Shown here one piece after another: positions 45,840-56,419 of a stretch of DNA of 57,825 nucleotides. The DNA comes from Eubacteriales bacterium. Lineage in GTDB: Bacteria; Bacillota; Clostridia; Oscillospirales; CAG-272. Each line of letters opens with the position of its first letter. Positions within the stretch are counted from its first letter, which is position 1. The notes under the pieces are model-generated. The model did no database searches and was not told the origin of the DNA. It saw only the letters and a list, made by a program, of their open reading frames with translations. Where the stretch lies: NCBI GenBank assembly GCA_045591885.1, contig JAZNTT010000080.1, positions 1 to 57,825 of the forward strand. The letters run 5' to 3'. The position numbers and the translations under genes are program-made.

Positions 45840-48425
45840 TTATTTCTGTACTTCAACCATTTCGAAGGCCTCGAGAATGTCGCCTTCCTTGATATCGTTG
45901 AACTTTTCAAGTCCGACACCGCACTCGTAACCGTCGTTAACTTCCTTAACGTCGTCCTTGAAGCGGCGGAGCGAGGAAATCTTATCCTCAAAGATTACTA
46001 TACTGTCGCGGAGAACGCGGATAGACGCCTTCCTTGTGATCTTACCGTCAAGGATGTAGCATCCGGCAATTGTTCCGACGTTGGGAACGCGAATCGTCTG
46101 ACGAACCTCTGCGTGACCGAGAAGCTCTTCCTTGAATACGGGAGCAAGAAGTCCCTTCATAGCCGCAGTGATCTCTTCAATGCACTCGTAGATGATACGG
46201 TAGGTGCGTACGTCGACCTTCTGGCGCTCAGCAGAATCGAGAGCTACGCGGTCGGGACGAACGTTAAATCCAACAACGATCGCGTTAGATGCAGATGCAA
46301 GGGTAACGTCGTTCTCGGTTATACCGCCGACTGCGGAGTGAATAACGCGGACCTTAACTTCCTCGTTAGAGAGCTTTTCAAGCGATGCCTTGACCGCTTC
46401 TGCGGAACCGACGACGTCTGCCTTAACGATGACGTTAAGCTCCTTAGCACCGTCAGAGATCTGTGCAAAGAGATCGTCAAGACTAACTTTGGAGTTCGCC
46501 TTGAATTCCTCTTCCTTGATCTTTGCCTTGCGCTTATCAGCAAGCTCTCTTGCCATTCTTTCGTCTTCAACAGCATTGAACTCGTCACCTGCGGTAGGAA
46601 CCTCGGCAAGACCGATTATCTCAACGGGAACGGAGGGACCTGCCGTCTGTACGTTGTTGCCCTTATCGTCCTTCATTGCTCTTACACGGCCGACTGCGGT
46701 TCCTGCGATGATAGTATCGCCTCCCTTAAGCGTGCCGTTCTGAACAAGGATGGTAGCAACGGGACCGCGGCCCTTATCAAGCTTAGCCTCGATTACGATA
46801 CCCTTTGCACGGCGGTTCGGGTTTGCCTTAAGCTCCTTCATTTCAGCGACCATAAGTACGCTTTCAAGGAGATTATCAATACCCTTCTTGGTAAGCGCGG
46901 AAACAGGACAGCAAATTACGTCTCCGCCCCATTCCTCGGGAATAAGGTCGTACTTCGTAAGCTCCTGTTTTACGTTATCAGGGTTAGCTGCGGGTTTATC
47001 CATCTTGTTTATAGCAACAACGATGTCAAGACCTGCTGCCTTTGCATGATTTATCGCCTCAACAGTCTGCGGCATGATTCCGTCATCTGCTGCAACAACG
47101 AGAATTGCTATATCGGTAGCCTGAGCACCTCTTGCACGCATCGCGGTGAACGCTTCGTGACCGGGCGTATCGAGGAATGTTATCGGCTGACCGTTAACGG
47201 TAACGCTGTATGCACCGATGTGCTGTGTAATACCGCCTGCCTCACCTGCCGTTACGTTTGCATGCCTGATAGCGTCAAGAATAGAGGTCTTACCATGGTC
47301 AACGTGTCCCATAACGACTACGACAGGGGCGCGGCCGACGAGGCTTTCTTCGGTATCTTCTGCTTCGTCGAAGAGCTTTTCCTCAATGGTGACGGTAACT
47401 TCATGGTTAACCTTAGCTCCAAGCTCATCAGCGATAAGATATGCAGTCTCGTAATCAACTATCTGGTTGACGTTAGCCATAACGCCGAGCATCATGAGCT
47501 TCTTGATAACCTCGGATGCTGTGACCTTAAGGCGTGTAGCAAGCTCTCCAACCGAGATCTCGTCGGGAATATTAACGGTAAGCTGCTGCTTTCTTGCCTT
47601 TTCGAGCTCTGCCTGCATTTTCTGCTTTTCCTGTGCTGTACGGCGGTCCTTTGCTTTGTGGGGCGCTTCGGGACGTTGATTATTATTCTTGCTCTTGCCG
47701 AACTTCTGCTTTTCGGCGAAGAAGCTATTTCTTCTGTCGTCATGAGCAACGAAATTGTCGAGCTTTTCATCGTATTTTGAAAGGTCTACGTTTGTAGCTC
47801 TTGTGTCCACGACTCTTGTCATGCCGACGTGGCTTTCCTTGTGCTCTTTAATAACAGTTCCGCTCGGCTCGTCGTTTCCGTTTGAACGGAAGGGCGTCAT
47901 CTGCTGCTGAGCCGGCTTTTTCTTTTCTTCTTTAGGCACAATCTTTGTTCTGTTGAAGTCGGGCTTATTATCAAAGCGCGAATTATCCTTGCCCTGACGG
48001 CTGTCGGGACGCTTGATATTCTTCTTTGCCTCTTCCTCGGCTTTCTTCTTTGCTTCCGCTTCAGCTTTTGCTTTTGCCTCTGCGTCTGCCCTTGCCTTTT
48101 CTTCGGCTGCCTTCCTTGCAGCTTCCTCGGCAATTCTCTTTTCTTCTGCTTCTTTTTCTTCTCTTAATTTTGCCTCGGCCTCAAGCTCTTCTTTAGAGAG
48201 AACCTTGACGATGGTTACCTTTCCTGCCATATAGTCGTCGAAATTGGCGACCTGCGCCTTAGAGGTAAGCGCTTCGAGAATAATATTGAACTCGTCAGAC
48301 TCTATAACTGAGGAATGCTTTCTGTCGACCATTCCAAGAGAAGTTACGAGATCAAGAAGGTCCTTGCTCTTTATATTGAGGTCCTTTGCGAGAGTACTGA
48401 TCTTATATTTGGTGTTATTTATCAT
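45840..48425 (-). CDS. infB: Translation initiation factor IF-2
   Basis: 861 aa. Lys/Glu/Ala-rich N-region. GTPase motifs [17 protein letters not shown]. Confidence 0.95.
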   Translation of the reverse strand: MINNTKYKISTLAKDLNIKSKDLLDLVTSLGMVDRKHSSVIESDEFNIILEALTSKAQVANFDDYMAGKVTIVKVLSKEELEAEAKLREEKEAEEKRIAEEAARKAAEEKARADAEAKAKAEAEAKKKAEEEAKKNIKRPDSRQGKDNSRFDNKPDFNRTKIVPKEEKKKPAQQQMTPFRSNGNDEPSGTVIKEHKESHVGMTRVVDTRATNVDLSKYDEKLDNFVAHDDRRNSFFAEKQKFGKSKNNNQRPEAPHKAKDRRTAQEKQKMQAELEKARKQQLTVNIPDEISVGELATRLKVTASEVIKKLMMLGVMANVNQIVDYETAYLIADELGAKVNHEVTVTIEEKLFDEAEDTEESLVGRAPVVVVMGHVDHGKTSILDAIRHANVTAGEAGGITQHIGAYSVTVNGQPITFLDTPGHEAFTAMRARGAQATDIAILVVAADDGIMPQTVEAINHAKAAGLDIVVAINKMDKPAANPDNVKQELTKYDLIPEEWGGDVICCPVSALTKKGIDNLLESVLMVAEMKELKANPNRRAKGIVIEAKLDKGRGPVATILVQNGTLKGGDTIIAGTAVGRVRAMKDDKGNNVQTAGPSVPVEIIGLAEVPTAGDEFNAVEDERMARELADKRKAKIKEEEFKANSKVSLDDLFAQISDGAKELNVIVKADVVGSAEAVKASLEKLSNEEVKVRVIHSAVGGITENDVTLASASNAIVVGFNVRPDRVALDSAERQKVDVRTYRIIYECIEEITAAMKGLLAPVFKEELLGHAEVRQTIRVPNVGTIAGCYILDGKITRKASIRVLRDSIVIFEDKISSLRRFKDDVKEVNDGYECGVGLEKFNDIKEGDILEAFEMVEVQK

Positions 48426-48448
48426 ACTGTATCCATCCTTTCCGGCTA

Positions 48449-48853
48449 TTAGCTTTTAAGTGACGAAAGCGACTGTGGGAGTGCGATAGCTTTTCTTATA
48501 CCGTCTGCAAAACCGCGGTCAAAGGTCGCACACGCCGCAGCAGAAGCCTTACCTATACGGTCGGCTATTTCCGTCTGGCTCAATGCGGAGATATAAAACT
48601 CAACCCGATAGTATTTGCAGGCGTTAATAATGCGCTTTTTAGTGTTTTCCGATGCGTTTGACGCGATAACAACGATACCGTGCGTACTGTATCCCTTTAT
48701 GCTATCATCCTCGCTCGGAAATCCGTGACGTCTTATCTCGTCGCAAATTCTGTCTGTACCGGTTTCAAGCTTTCCCGCCTTCTTCGCAAAACCGAAGAGC
48801 GAAAGAATCTTCGAATTGACGGCTACTTTTACTGCATTGTTATCAATTTTCAC
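48449..48853 (-). CDS. ylxQ: L7Ae-family RNA-binding protein YlxQ
   Basis: [13 protein letters not shown] motif, between ylxR and infB. Probable GTG start at 48853 after AGGTGG; the ORF-track start is 48883. Confidence 0.75.
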   Translation of the reverse strand: MKIDNNAVKVAVNSKILSLFGFAKKAGKLETGTDRICDEIRRHGFPSEDDSIKGYSTHGIVVIASNASENTKKRIINACKYYRVEFYISALSQTEIADRIGKASAAACATFDRGFADGIRKAIALPQSLSSLKS

Positions 48854-49130
48854 ATTCAGCCACCTGCCCCTCGAGCTTTTCATAGATTTCGTCGGAAATG
48901 CTTACCGACAAAGATCGTTCAAGCTTTTTCGCTTTTCTTGCTTTCTTGAAACATTCGGAGTCACGGCATATATATGCGCCTCTGCCCGACATTTTACCTG
49001 TCGTATCAAGGAACACATCGCCGTTTTGAGTTTTAACAACTCTAATTAGCTGATTCTTTGGAAACTGATTTCCGCACCCTACGCAGTTGCGTTCGGGAAT
49101 CTTCTTATTCTGTACAGGCAATTTGATCAC
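48843..49130 (-). CDS. ylxR: YlxR (DUF448) RNA-binding protein
   Basis: 95 aa. ERNCVGC...L.RVV...G.V..D..GK.SGRGAYIC pattern. Overlaps the nusA stop. Confidence 0.85.
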   Translation of the reverse strand: MIKLPVQNKKIPERNCVGCGNQFPKNQLIRVVKTQNGDVFLDTTGKMSGRGAYICRDSECFKKARKAKKLERSLSVSISDEIYEKLEGQVAECEN

Positions 49131-50155
49131 TCGCTGACTTTTATATCAATTTTGAAGCCCGTAAGACGAGCCGCGAGGCGTGCGTTCTGACCTTCCTTGC
49201 CGATAGCAAGAGAAAGCTGATCAGCATCTACGTATACGCGGCAGATCTTTTCGCCTTCAAGGATCACGTCGTTTACGGTTGCGGGAGAAAGAGCTGCTGC
49301 GATAAATTCGGCAGGATCCTCGCTATACTTGATTATGTCGATTTTTTCACCGCCAAGCTCGCTGATTATCGTATTGATACGCATACTGCGGTTACCGATA
49401 CAGGAGCCGACCGCGTCTACTGAATCATCTGTAGAGTAGACAGCGACCTTACTTCTCGAGCCGGCTTCTCTCGTTACGTTCTTAATGACAACCGTTCCGT
49501 CCTGAACCTCGGGAACCTCAAGCTCAAAGAGGCGCTTAACAAGACCCGGATGTGTTCTTGAAAGAGTTACAAGGGGACCGCGGCTTTCCTTTTTGACTTC
49601 AGTAACGAATACCTTGATTCGCTCGCCGTCCTTGAAAGCGTCACCGGGGATCTGCTCACCCTTGATAAGGGTTGCAATCGACGTGCCGGTATCAACGGTT
49701 ACGTTTCCGGTAGAGTCATCGGTACGAAGAACGGTTGCGGTAATAATCTCTCCACGCTTATCTTCGTATTCTTTAATAAGCATTCCGCGCTCTGCTTCTC
49801 TTATTCCCTGAATGATAACCTGCTTTGCGGTCTGCGCGCTGAGACGGCGGAAATTCTTCGTATCCATCTTAACCTCAGCCATAGTTCCGAGCTTATAGCG
49901 GCGGCTTACCTTCTTAGCCTGTTCAACGGTAAGCTGGGTTTCGGGATCCTCAACCTCTTCAACTACCTGATAGAGACGGTACATTTGTACGTCCTTCTTC
50001 TCAGGGTCAAGAACTATTCTTACCTGTGCGTTAGGGCCCTGATCCTTCGCAAAGGCGTTCATAAGAGCAGCTTCTACTCTTTCAAGCATATACTCCTTAG
50101 GAATTCCCTTCTGCTTTTCGAGAAGGTCGAGTGCTTCAAAAAATTCTGCGTTCAT
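49127..50155 (-). CDS. nusA: Transcription termination/antitermination factor NusA
   Basis: 342 aa. N-domain, S1 and two KH domains (AIGKEGQNARLAARLTG). Confidence 0.95.
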   Translation of the reverse strand: MNAEFFEALDLLEKQKGIPKEYMLERVEAALMNAFAKDQGPNAQVRIVLDPEKKDVQMYRLYQVVEEVEDPETQLTVEQAKKVSRRYKLGTMAEVKMDTKNFRRLSAQTAKQVIIQGIREAERGMLIKEYEDKRGEIITATVLRTDDSTGNVTVDTGTSIATLIKGEQIPGDAFKDGERIKVFVTEVKKESRGPLVTLSRTHPGLVKRLFELEVPEVQDGTVVIKNVTREAGSRSKVAVYSTDDSVDAVGSCIGNRSMRINTIISELGGEKIDIIKYSEDPAEFIAAALSPATVNDVILEGEKICRVYVDADQLSLAIGKEGQNARLAARLTGFKIDIKVSE

Positions 50156-50181
50156 TTTTTTCTTTATTCCTCCAAATAGGT

Positions 50182-50649
50182 TTAATCTTCAAAATCAAAA
50201 TGTAAGCTTATTCTTGCCGCCTTGTCAAGCGGAATAATAACGTCGTCAACAGTTACGGTCTTTTCTTCTTCGCTGTACCCGTTAAGGATTCCGACGTACT
50301 GCTTCTGACCGTCAACGGCAGTAAACAGCTTTACGTCTACCTTTGAGCCCATACAGACCTCAAAATGGAAAGGACGCGTCAGATCCCTCTCGACACCGGG
50401 TGAAGATACCTCAAGATAATACTGTACGGGAATCGGATCGCTCTCGTCAAGAATGGGATCGATTCCGCGGTGTACCGCCTCACAGTCGTTAATATCAACG
50501 CCGTTTTCCTTGTCGATAGTAACGCGGAGAATCTGTCTTGCGCCCTCTTTAACGTACTCAACGTCCCAAAGAGAACATCCAAGCTCGTTTACCGTCGGAA
50601 GGATCAGATCCCAAACTGTGTCAGCAATATTCTTTTTTGCGTTTGCCAC
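50182..50649 (-). CDS. rimP: Ribosome maturation factor RimP
   Basis: 155 aa. LEVSSPGVERDL motif. First gene of the nusA-infB operon. Confidence 0.9.
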   Translation of the reverse strand: MANAKKNIADTVWDLILPTVNELGCSLWDVEYVKEGARQILRVTIDKENGVDINDCEAVHRGIDPILDESDPIPVQYYLEVSSPGVERDLTRPFHFEVCMGSKVDVKLFTAVDGQKQYVGILNGYSEEEKTVTVDDVIIPLDKAARISLHFDFED

Positions 50650-50670
50650 TATATCACCTCAATTTGTCTC

Positions 50671-50711
50671 AAACAAAGAATTAAGAGTAGGCGTCAACCT
50701 ACTCTTAATTC
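50671..50711 (-). terminator. Intrinsic-terminator-like hairpin inside the rimP leader (it also follows the upstream lipoprotein gene)
   Basis: Perfect 14-bp stem GAATTAAGAGTAGG / CCTACTCTTAATTC, 6-nt loop, T-rich tract on the minus strand. Lies ~20 nt before the rimP RBS. Confidence 0.7.
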
Positions 50712-50734
50712 TCCGTATTTTATTAACCGTAAAA

Positions 50735-50763
50735 ATTATAACACAATGAAAATCAAATTGCAA
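50735..50763 (-). promoter_or_regulatory. rimP-nusA-infB operon promoter
   Basis: TTGCAA(50758-50763)-17nt-TATAAT(50735-50740) on the minus strand. Confidence 0.7.
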
Positions 50764-50794
50764 GAGTTTTTAAAAATTTTTTCGAAAAATATTT

Positions 50795-51913
50795 TTATAT
50801 CGAATAATGAGGATTAGGTTTTATCTGCGAAAGCTTATATCCGTTCATTACCTTTGCGTTGATCTTTACTTTAGCAGCAAGCTCCGAATAGAAATTGTGA
50901 TATACCTCGCGAGTAGCATGTTCTGTGAACTTCAGGTCCGTCAGCTGTGTTATATCCATGTCTGAAAGATCCGCAAACGGAGTTAATTCACAAATCTGAA
51001 TATAGAAAATAGCTTCCTCCTCGTTGACTGTGATAATGTCATCGGTTTTTGCGTCTTTGACCGCCTTTAATATTTCCGGTCCCCATATGTCGATATTGTT
51101 TTCAGAAATAAAGAAACCGTTTGGATACGAGGACGTATCGTATTCACTGTAATCCTTTATCAAACTATCAAAGTCTGTTCCGGATGAGAGCTTTGATTTG
51201 AATTCGTCGATCTTTTTATTCTTTTGAGCAAGCTCCTCGTCGGTAAGAGGTTTAGATACGAGATTTCCCGCATTATCGTAAACGTAATTCCCGTCCTTAT
51301 CAACTTCAATCTCGGTTGTGTAAAATACAACGTACTTGATTCGAGAATAGTGCTTTTCATAGTAATCAATAAGAACAGCGTCAGTAATCTCGAGAGGACC
51401 GTCTTGACCGAAGAGAGTATCGTAAACGTAATCGTGCTTCGCTTCCCAAAGATATATTTCCTCGAGAGCGTCGATGTTAAGCATCATTTTGGAGAGTGTT
51501 GAGTTTAAACTGCCCCTGCCGCCATAGAAATCTATCTTTTCTTTAATATCACTCTTGATCGATTTTTTTATTGTAGACGGAAGCTTGAGTTTGTATCTTT
51601 TGTAAAGATCCTGAGAGATGAGATAATTTGTGATCTCTTCGTTCAAAAGCTCGGTAAAGTATTCTTCAACAGTATGAGTTTCATCAAACATTGAGTTCCA
51701 AAATTCAGGCGTATCAGATGCGTCGGTATATGAAGCAAGAATATTACGTTTGTACGTTGACAGCCAATAATTGTAGAATTCCTCCGTGAGCTTTATTCCA
51801 TTATACTCCATTACCGTGTCATATTTCGAACGATATCCGCAGGATGAGAACAGCAACGGAAACATAATAGCTGTTATCAGGACGGTTGCTATAAGCTTGA
51901 TATATAACTTCAT
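50795..51913 (-). CDS. SurA/PrsA-like lipoprotein (degenerate parvulin-type chaperone)
   Basis: 372 aa. Lipobox LLFSSC. Sits directly after mfd (4-nt overlap), as in many Clostridia. Confidence 0.6.
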   Translation of the reverse strand: MKLYIKLIATVLITAIMFPLLFSSCGYRSKYDTVMEYNGIKLTEEFYNYWLSTYKRNILASYTDASDTPEFWNSMFDETHTVEEYFTELLNEEITNYLISQDLYKRYKLKLPSTIKKSIKSDIKEKIDFYGGRGSLNSTLSKMMLNIDALEEIYLWEAKHDYVYDTLFGQDGPLEITDAVLIDYYEKHYSRIKYVVFYTTEIEVDKDGNYVYDNAGNLVSKPLTDEELAQKNKKIDEFKSKLSSGTDFDSLIKDYSEYDTSSYPNGFFISENNIDIWGPEILKAVKDAKTDDIITVNEEEAIFYIQICELTPFADLSDMDITQLTDLKFTEHATREVYHNFYSELAAKVKINAKVMNGYKLSQIKPNPHYSI

Positions 51914-54900
51914 TGTTTATCCTCCGTTTCGGCGGTATTCATGATCGTTTGATAATCGCTGAGAAGATCGATTGCTTTTTTGAAGACATCGTCACCTGAC
52001 TTGGTTCTCAGTGTAACGTATGGCTTTAGCTCAAGGCTCATGAGGATCGCGCCCTTTCTGTCTGCGGTAAGCATTGACCAAATTCTTATATCCATCTTGT
52101 TGGGGTAGAATATCACAGAGCTTCCGCGCTTAACTATCTTGTTAATGCCGCAAGCAGATCCGTATGCACGAAGAAGCGATACGTCAAGGAGAGACGATAC
52201 AGATCTGGGAATATCACCGTATCTGTCAAGAAGCTCATCAACGATATCCATTTTATCCGCAATGTTTTCAATAAGTGATATCTTTTTATAAGCGTCTATT
52301 CTCTGGACAGGGCTTTTAATATAGCTTTCGGGAATGAACGCGCTGACGTTCATTTCTACTGCACATTCTGTTTTTTCCGCCTTAGTCTCGCCCTTTTCTT
52401 CAAGAATGGCTTCGTTAAGGATCCTCATATACATATCGTAGCCGACATTTTCGATATGACCGTGCTGTTCAGACCCAAGAATATTTCCCGCACCCCTTAT
52501 CTCAAGGTCTCGAAGTGCAACCTTAAATCCTGAACCAAATTCTGTATACTCGCGAATCGCGCCAAGACGCTTTGCGGCAATTTCTGTAAGAATCCTTCCC
52601 TTTTGATAAGTGAAATACGCATATGCGCGGCGCGACGAGCGACCGATTCTGCCTCTGATCTGATGAAGCTGGGAAAGACCGAGACGGTCAGCGTCTTCAA
52701 TGATAAGTGTGTTTGCGTTAGGGACGTCGACGCCCGCTTCAATGATCGTCGTGCTTATAAGAATGTCAATATCTCCCTCGAGCATCGATCTCCAAATATC
52801 GGAGAGCTCTTCCTTATCCATTTTGCCGTGTGCAACTGCAATTTTTGCATCCGGTGCCAGTTGCGAAACCTTGGCATAAACATCAGCCATATTGTCTACA
52901 CGGTTATGCAGATAAAAAACCTGACCTCCACGTCGAAGTTCCTTTGCGATAGCATCAGAGAGTATCATTTCGTCATATTCAAGAACGTAAGTTTGAACCG
53001 GGACTCGGTCGTTTGGCGCTTCTTCGAGGACTGACATATCACGAATTCCGCTCATTGCCATGTTAAGCGTTCGTGGAATAGGCGTAGCAGTTAGCGTCAA
53101 GGTATCAACTCCGGACGAGAGCTGTCGGAGCTTTTCCTTTGCGGCAACTCCGAAGCGTTGTTCTTCGTCTATTATAACAAGCCCGAGGTCCTTGAAAACG
53201 ACGTCTTTAGAAACAATTCTGTGCGTTCCTACAACAATATCGACCTCTCCGCGTCGGACACGGCGGAGGGTTTCCTGCTGCTGCTTTGCGGAGCGGAATC
53301 GAGAAAGCATATCGACTCTCACCGGGAATCCGCGCAAGCGCGAGAGGAGCGTTTGATAGTGCTGAAGAGCAAGAATGGTAGTAGGAACAAGTATCGCTAC
53401 CTGTTTACCCGACTCTACAGCCTTAAATGCGGAACGAAGTGCTACCTCAGTCTTACCAAATCCTACGTCACCGCACAGGAGACGATCCATCGGTCGAGCC
53501 GCCTCCATATCCCGCTTCACCTCGGAAATTGCATTCAACTGACCGTCAGTCTCTTCATACGGGAATGCGGCTTCAAAGTCTCTTTGCATATCATCGTCGG
53601 GGAGAAAAGCAAATCCGGGGCGTCTTTGACGCTCGGCATACAGCTGAATAAGCTCCTTTGCCATTTCTTTTGCGGCTGCCTTTGCCTGACGTTTCGTCTT
53701 GCCCCATTCGGCTCCTCCGATACGGGAAAGCTTAAGCGTTCCGTCCTCTCCTTTTGCTCCGATGTACTTTGAAATACTGTCAAGCTGCTCACATGGGAGA
53801 TAAATGATATCGGTACCTGCATATTTAATCTTAATATAATCTCTCGTTATCCCGTCAACCGTTACACTCTGTATGCCGAGAAACATTCCAATTCCATGCG
53901 TAACGTGAACAACGTAATCGCCTTCGCAGAGATCGGCATATGACATAATCTTCTCTCTTGCCGATTTCTTTTTGGTTCTGTTCTTCCGTCCCTTGATTAC
54001 AGGGAAGTTATAACTGCTTCCCGCGGAATAGGTTGACAGGATCGCAAAACGCGAGGCAGATAGTTCAAAGCCGGGCAGCGAAAGCCCATACCTTATAACG
54101 GTATTTGTTCCAACATCAAAGGAAAAGTCATCATTAACTATCGGAGCGATGATTCCTTCCGCTTCGAGCATTGAAGAGAGATTCTTTGCCATTATCTCGT
54201 TGTCACAAAGCAAGACGGAGTTATACTCACCTTTTATATAAGAACGCAAGTCTTCGATGAGCAATTCAAAATTCTCGCTGTATGAAACGGTCTGTTTAGT
54301 TGACATACTGAAAATTGCAGCAAATCGCATATCAACAATACTGCTCATAAATGAGTCTGCAATTATCCCCGAATGTGTGCAGACAGCCTTGTTAATCGTT
54401 TCATAGTCACCGCCGTAGCTTGCGGCAGAACCGTTGATAAGCCCCTCCTCAAGGAGAGACCTAACATTCTGCTTTGTATGCCACTCATAGGATTTAACTC
54501 GCTCTATACAGGCATTATAATCCTTACAAAATATCACGGAGCGGTCGTCAAAATAATCGAAAAGACATTCGTGTTGTTCATAAATTAGTGAAATATATTT
54601 ATCGGCAAAGCGAAGCTCTGTTTCAGAGCTTATAGCCTCCATTTCGGATGCCAACGTATCTTTTGCCTTTTCATTTTTTGCTTTTTTTATAAGAGCTTTT
54701 ATATTTGACGCAATTCTTTGTCTTGCATCAGCATCAACGATCAGTTCTCTTGCCGGAGTAATCTTTACTTCATCAATCTGCAGGATCCTTCTTTGGGTAA
54801 TGATAGCAAACAGTCCCATACTATCAATATCATCGCCGAAAAATTCTATTCGCACCGGGTTCTCACTTCCGGCAGGAAAGACGTCGAGTATGCCGCCGCG

Positions 54901-55446
54901 CACAGAAAACTGCCCAACACCGTCTACCATATCTACGCTCTGATACCCCGACGTGACAAGCATTTCCTTGATTTTGACCATGTCAGCCGAATTGTTAATT
55001 GACAAATTAAACGTAGCACCTTCAAGCTTTCTTTTCGGCATAGTGTATTGAAGCGCCGCGTCCGGGGTGGTGATTACAACGTCGCATGTTCCGTCGAGGA
55101 TCGAATGAAGCACGCCAAGCCTCTCGTGCTCATACTCACGGGAGGCGGAAATATTATAAAATACAAGGTCACGGTAACTGTAAGGCTTTGCATTCAAACC
55201 AAGAGCCGTGAATGTGTTGAGCGCGCGCATCACTTCTTTTTCATCGGGAACAAGGAGAAGCACTGTTTTGGAACCGTTTTTACGGATATTTTCAATCACA
55301 GTTGCAAATATCGCATTACGCGCGCCGTCACAAAGTCCCACAAGACGCGAAGGGTGCGGAACTCGTGCCGTCATTTGCTCCTTAACAGTAGATAGAAGCT
55401 CATTATACTCGCGCTCGTTTTTTAGAATGTTAGAAATAAAATTCAT
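51910..55446 (-). CDS. mfd: Transcription-repair coupling factor
   Basis: 1178 aa. UvrB-homology N-region, RNAP-interaction domain, DEAD/H helicase motifs (GDVGFGKTEVA, DEEQRFG), TRG motif. Confidence 0.95.
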   Translation of the reverse strand: MNFISNILKNEREYNELLSTVKEQMTARVPHPSRLVGLCDGARNAIFATVIENIRKNGSKTVLLLVPDEKEVMRALNTFTALGLNAKPYSYRDLVFYNISASREYEHERLGVLHSILDGTCDVVITTPDAALQYTMPKRKLEGATFNLSINNSADMVKIKEMLVTSGYQSVDMVDGVGQFSVRGGILDVFPAGSENPVRIEFFGDDIDSMGLFAIITQRRILQIDEVKITPARELIVDADARQRIASNIKALIKKAKNEKAKDTLASEMEAISSETELRFADKYISLIYEQHECLFDYFDDRSVIFCKDYNACIERVKSYEWHTKQNVRSLLEEGLINGSAASYGGDYETINKAVCTHSGIIADSFMSSIVDMRFAAIFSMSTKQTVSYSENFELLIEDLRSYIKGEYNSVLLCDNEIMAKNLSSMLEAEGIIAPIVNDDFSFDVGTNTVIRYGLSLPGFELSASRFAILSTYSAGSSYNFPVIKGRKNRTKKKSAREKIMSYADLCEGDYVVHVTHGIGMFLGIQSVTVDGITRDYIKIKYAGTDIIYLPCEQLDSISKYIGAKGEDGTLKLSRIGGAEWGKTKRQAKAAAKEMAKELIQLYAERQRRPGFAFLPDDDMQRDFEAAFPYEETDGQLNAISEVKRDMEAARPMDRLLCGDVGFGKTEVALRSAFKAVESGKQVAILVPTTILALQHYQTLLSRLRGFPVRVDMLSRFRSAKQQQETLRRVRRGEVDIVVGTHRIVSKDVVFKDLGLVIIDEEQRFGVAAKEKLRQLSSGVDTLTLTATPIPRTLNMAMSGIRDMSVLEEAPNDRVPVQTYVLEYDEMILSDAIAKELRRGGQVFYLHNRVDNMADVYAKVSQLAPDAKIAVAHGKMDKEELSDIWRSMLEGDIDILISTTIIEAGVDVPNANTLIIEDADRLGLSQLHQIRGRIGRSSRRAYAYFTYQKGRILTEIAAKRLGAIREYTEFGSGFKVALRDLEIRGAGNILGSEQHGHIENVGYDMYMRILNEAILEEKGETKAEKTECAVEMNVSAFIPESYIKSPVQRIDAYKKISLIENIADKMDIVDELLDRYGDIPRSVSSLLDVSLLRAYGSACGINKIVKRGSSVIFYPNKMDIRIWSMLTADRKGAILMSLELKPYVTLRTKSGDDVFKKAIDLLSDYQTIMNTAETEDKQ

Positions 55447-55447
55447 A

Positions 55448-56068
55448 TCAGTTGTACTTACACATCGCGTCGTCTATCCTTCCCTGAATCAGAAGAGGAA
55501 TAGCATCTACAGCGTTATTTAATGCGGCATTGAAATCTCCATCAAGTTCAGCGGGAATCCTTCCAAGCACCCAGTTTATCATATTCCCGCCGGAAGGAAG
55601 CTTCCCTACGCCTATACGAATACGCGGAAACGCATCGCTTGAAAGCTGGTAAATAATGTCGCGCAGACCCTTTTGTCCGCCGTCGCTTCCCTTTCGTCTT
55701 ACTCTGATCTTTCCTACGTCAAGCTGAACGTCATCGGAGATCACAACAATGTTTTCGGGTGGGACTTTATAGAAGCTTGCGGCATCGCGGATGGCTTCAC
55801 CGGAACGGTTCATATATAACTGCGGCTTCATTATCAGCACACGCTTGCCGCCTATGTCCGCCTCGGAAGTCAGTGAATTAAACTTAGAGCGTGTAACGCT
55901 TATTCCGTTCTTCTGACAGTAAAGATCGAGCGCCAGAAATCCGGCATTATGCCGAGTTCTTTCGTATTCCTTTCCGGGGTTCCCGAGTCCTGCCAAAATA
56001 TGGGTGATAGGCATGATGGGTGCTCGCTCATATTCAATTTTCTTAAATAAGTCAAAAATATTAGCCAT
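55448..56068 (-). CDS. pth: Peptidyl-tRNA hydrolase
   Basis: LAGLGNPGKEYERTRHNAGF motif. The ATG at 56068 has RBS GAGGAA. An alternative ATG at 56014 would give the usual length but lacks an RBS. Confidence 0.9.
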   Translation of the reverse strand: MANIFDLFKKIEYERAPIMPITHILAGLGNPGKEYERTRHNAGFLALDLYCQKNGISVTRSKFNSLTSEADIGGKRVLIMKPQLYMNRSGEAIRDAASFYKVPPENIVVISDDVQLDVGKIRVRRKGSDGGQKGLRDIIYQLSSDAFPRIRIGVGKLPSGGNMINWVLGRIPAELDGDFNAALNNAVDAIPLLIQGRIDDAMCKYN

Positions 56069-56419
56069 ATTAGTTCCTCAGTGAATAATTTGACAACGAC
56101 CAAAGGCGGACCTTCGTCCGCTTGTAAATATTATATTATATTTCTCACTCTTTTTCAAGTCGTATTTTGTGTAATGGAAATAAATTTACAATTTTTCGTT
56201 CGTAGATATGATTTCGGTAAGTTTTTCGGGCATTATGTTAAATACATTGGTAGTTTGCACAATAACATGAAAAATGCACCTTCATTTTTGAACAGCCGTT
56301 TCAATTTATTAAAAGTTTGTAAATAATTTTGAAAAAGATGGAAATAATAGTATTTATATGGTAAAATGTCGGGTGGACAAAATATAAATTTTGCGAATAA
56401 TTAATTGGAGGATTATTAC

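Noticed and set aside
46113-47780. 555-aa ORF on the plus strand opposite infB
   Set aside because: It is fully antisense to a confidently identified infB. The translation is low-complexity (Cys/Leu/Val-rich) with no motifs and no RBS. It is a typical stop-poor antisense frame of a codon-biased gene.
47900-48200. Repetitive GAAGC/GCTTC-rich DNA that looks like a tandem repeat
   Set aside because: It encodes the Lys/Glu/Ala-rich ([21 protein letters not shown]) N-terminal linker of IF-2. This is a normal low-complexity protein region, not a repeat element or CRISPR array.
55448-56068. Possibility that pth starts at the internal ATG 56014, giving the canonical N-terminus
   Set aside because: Only the upstream ATG (56068) has a Shine-Dalgarno (GAGGAA, 5-nt spacing), so I kept the longer form and note the ambiguity.
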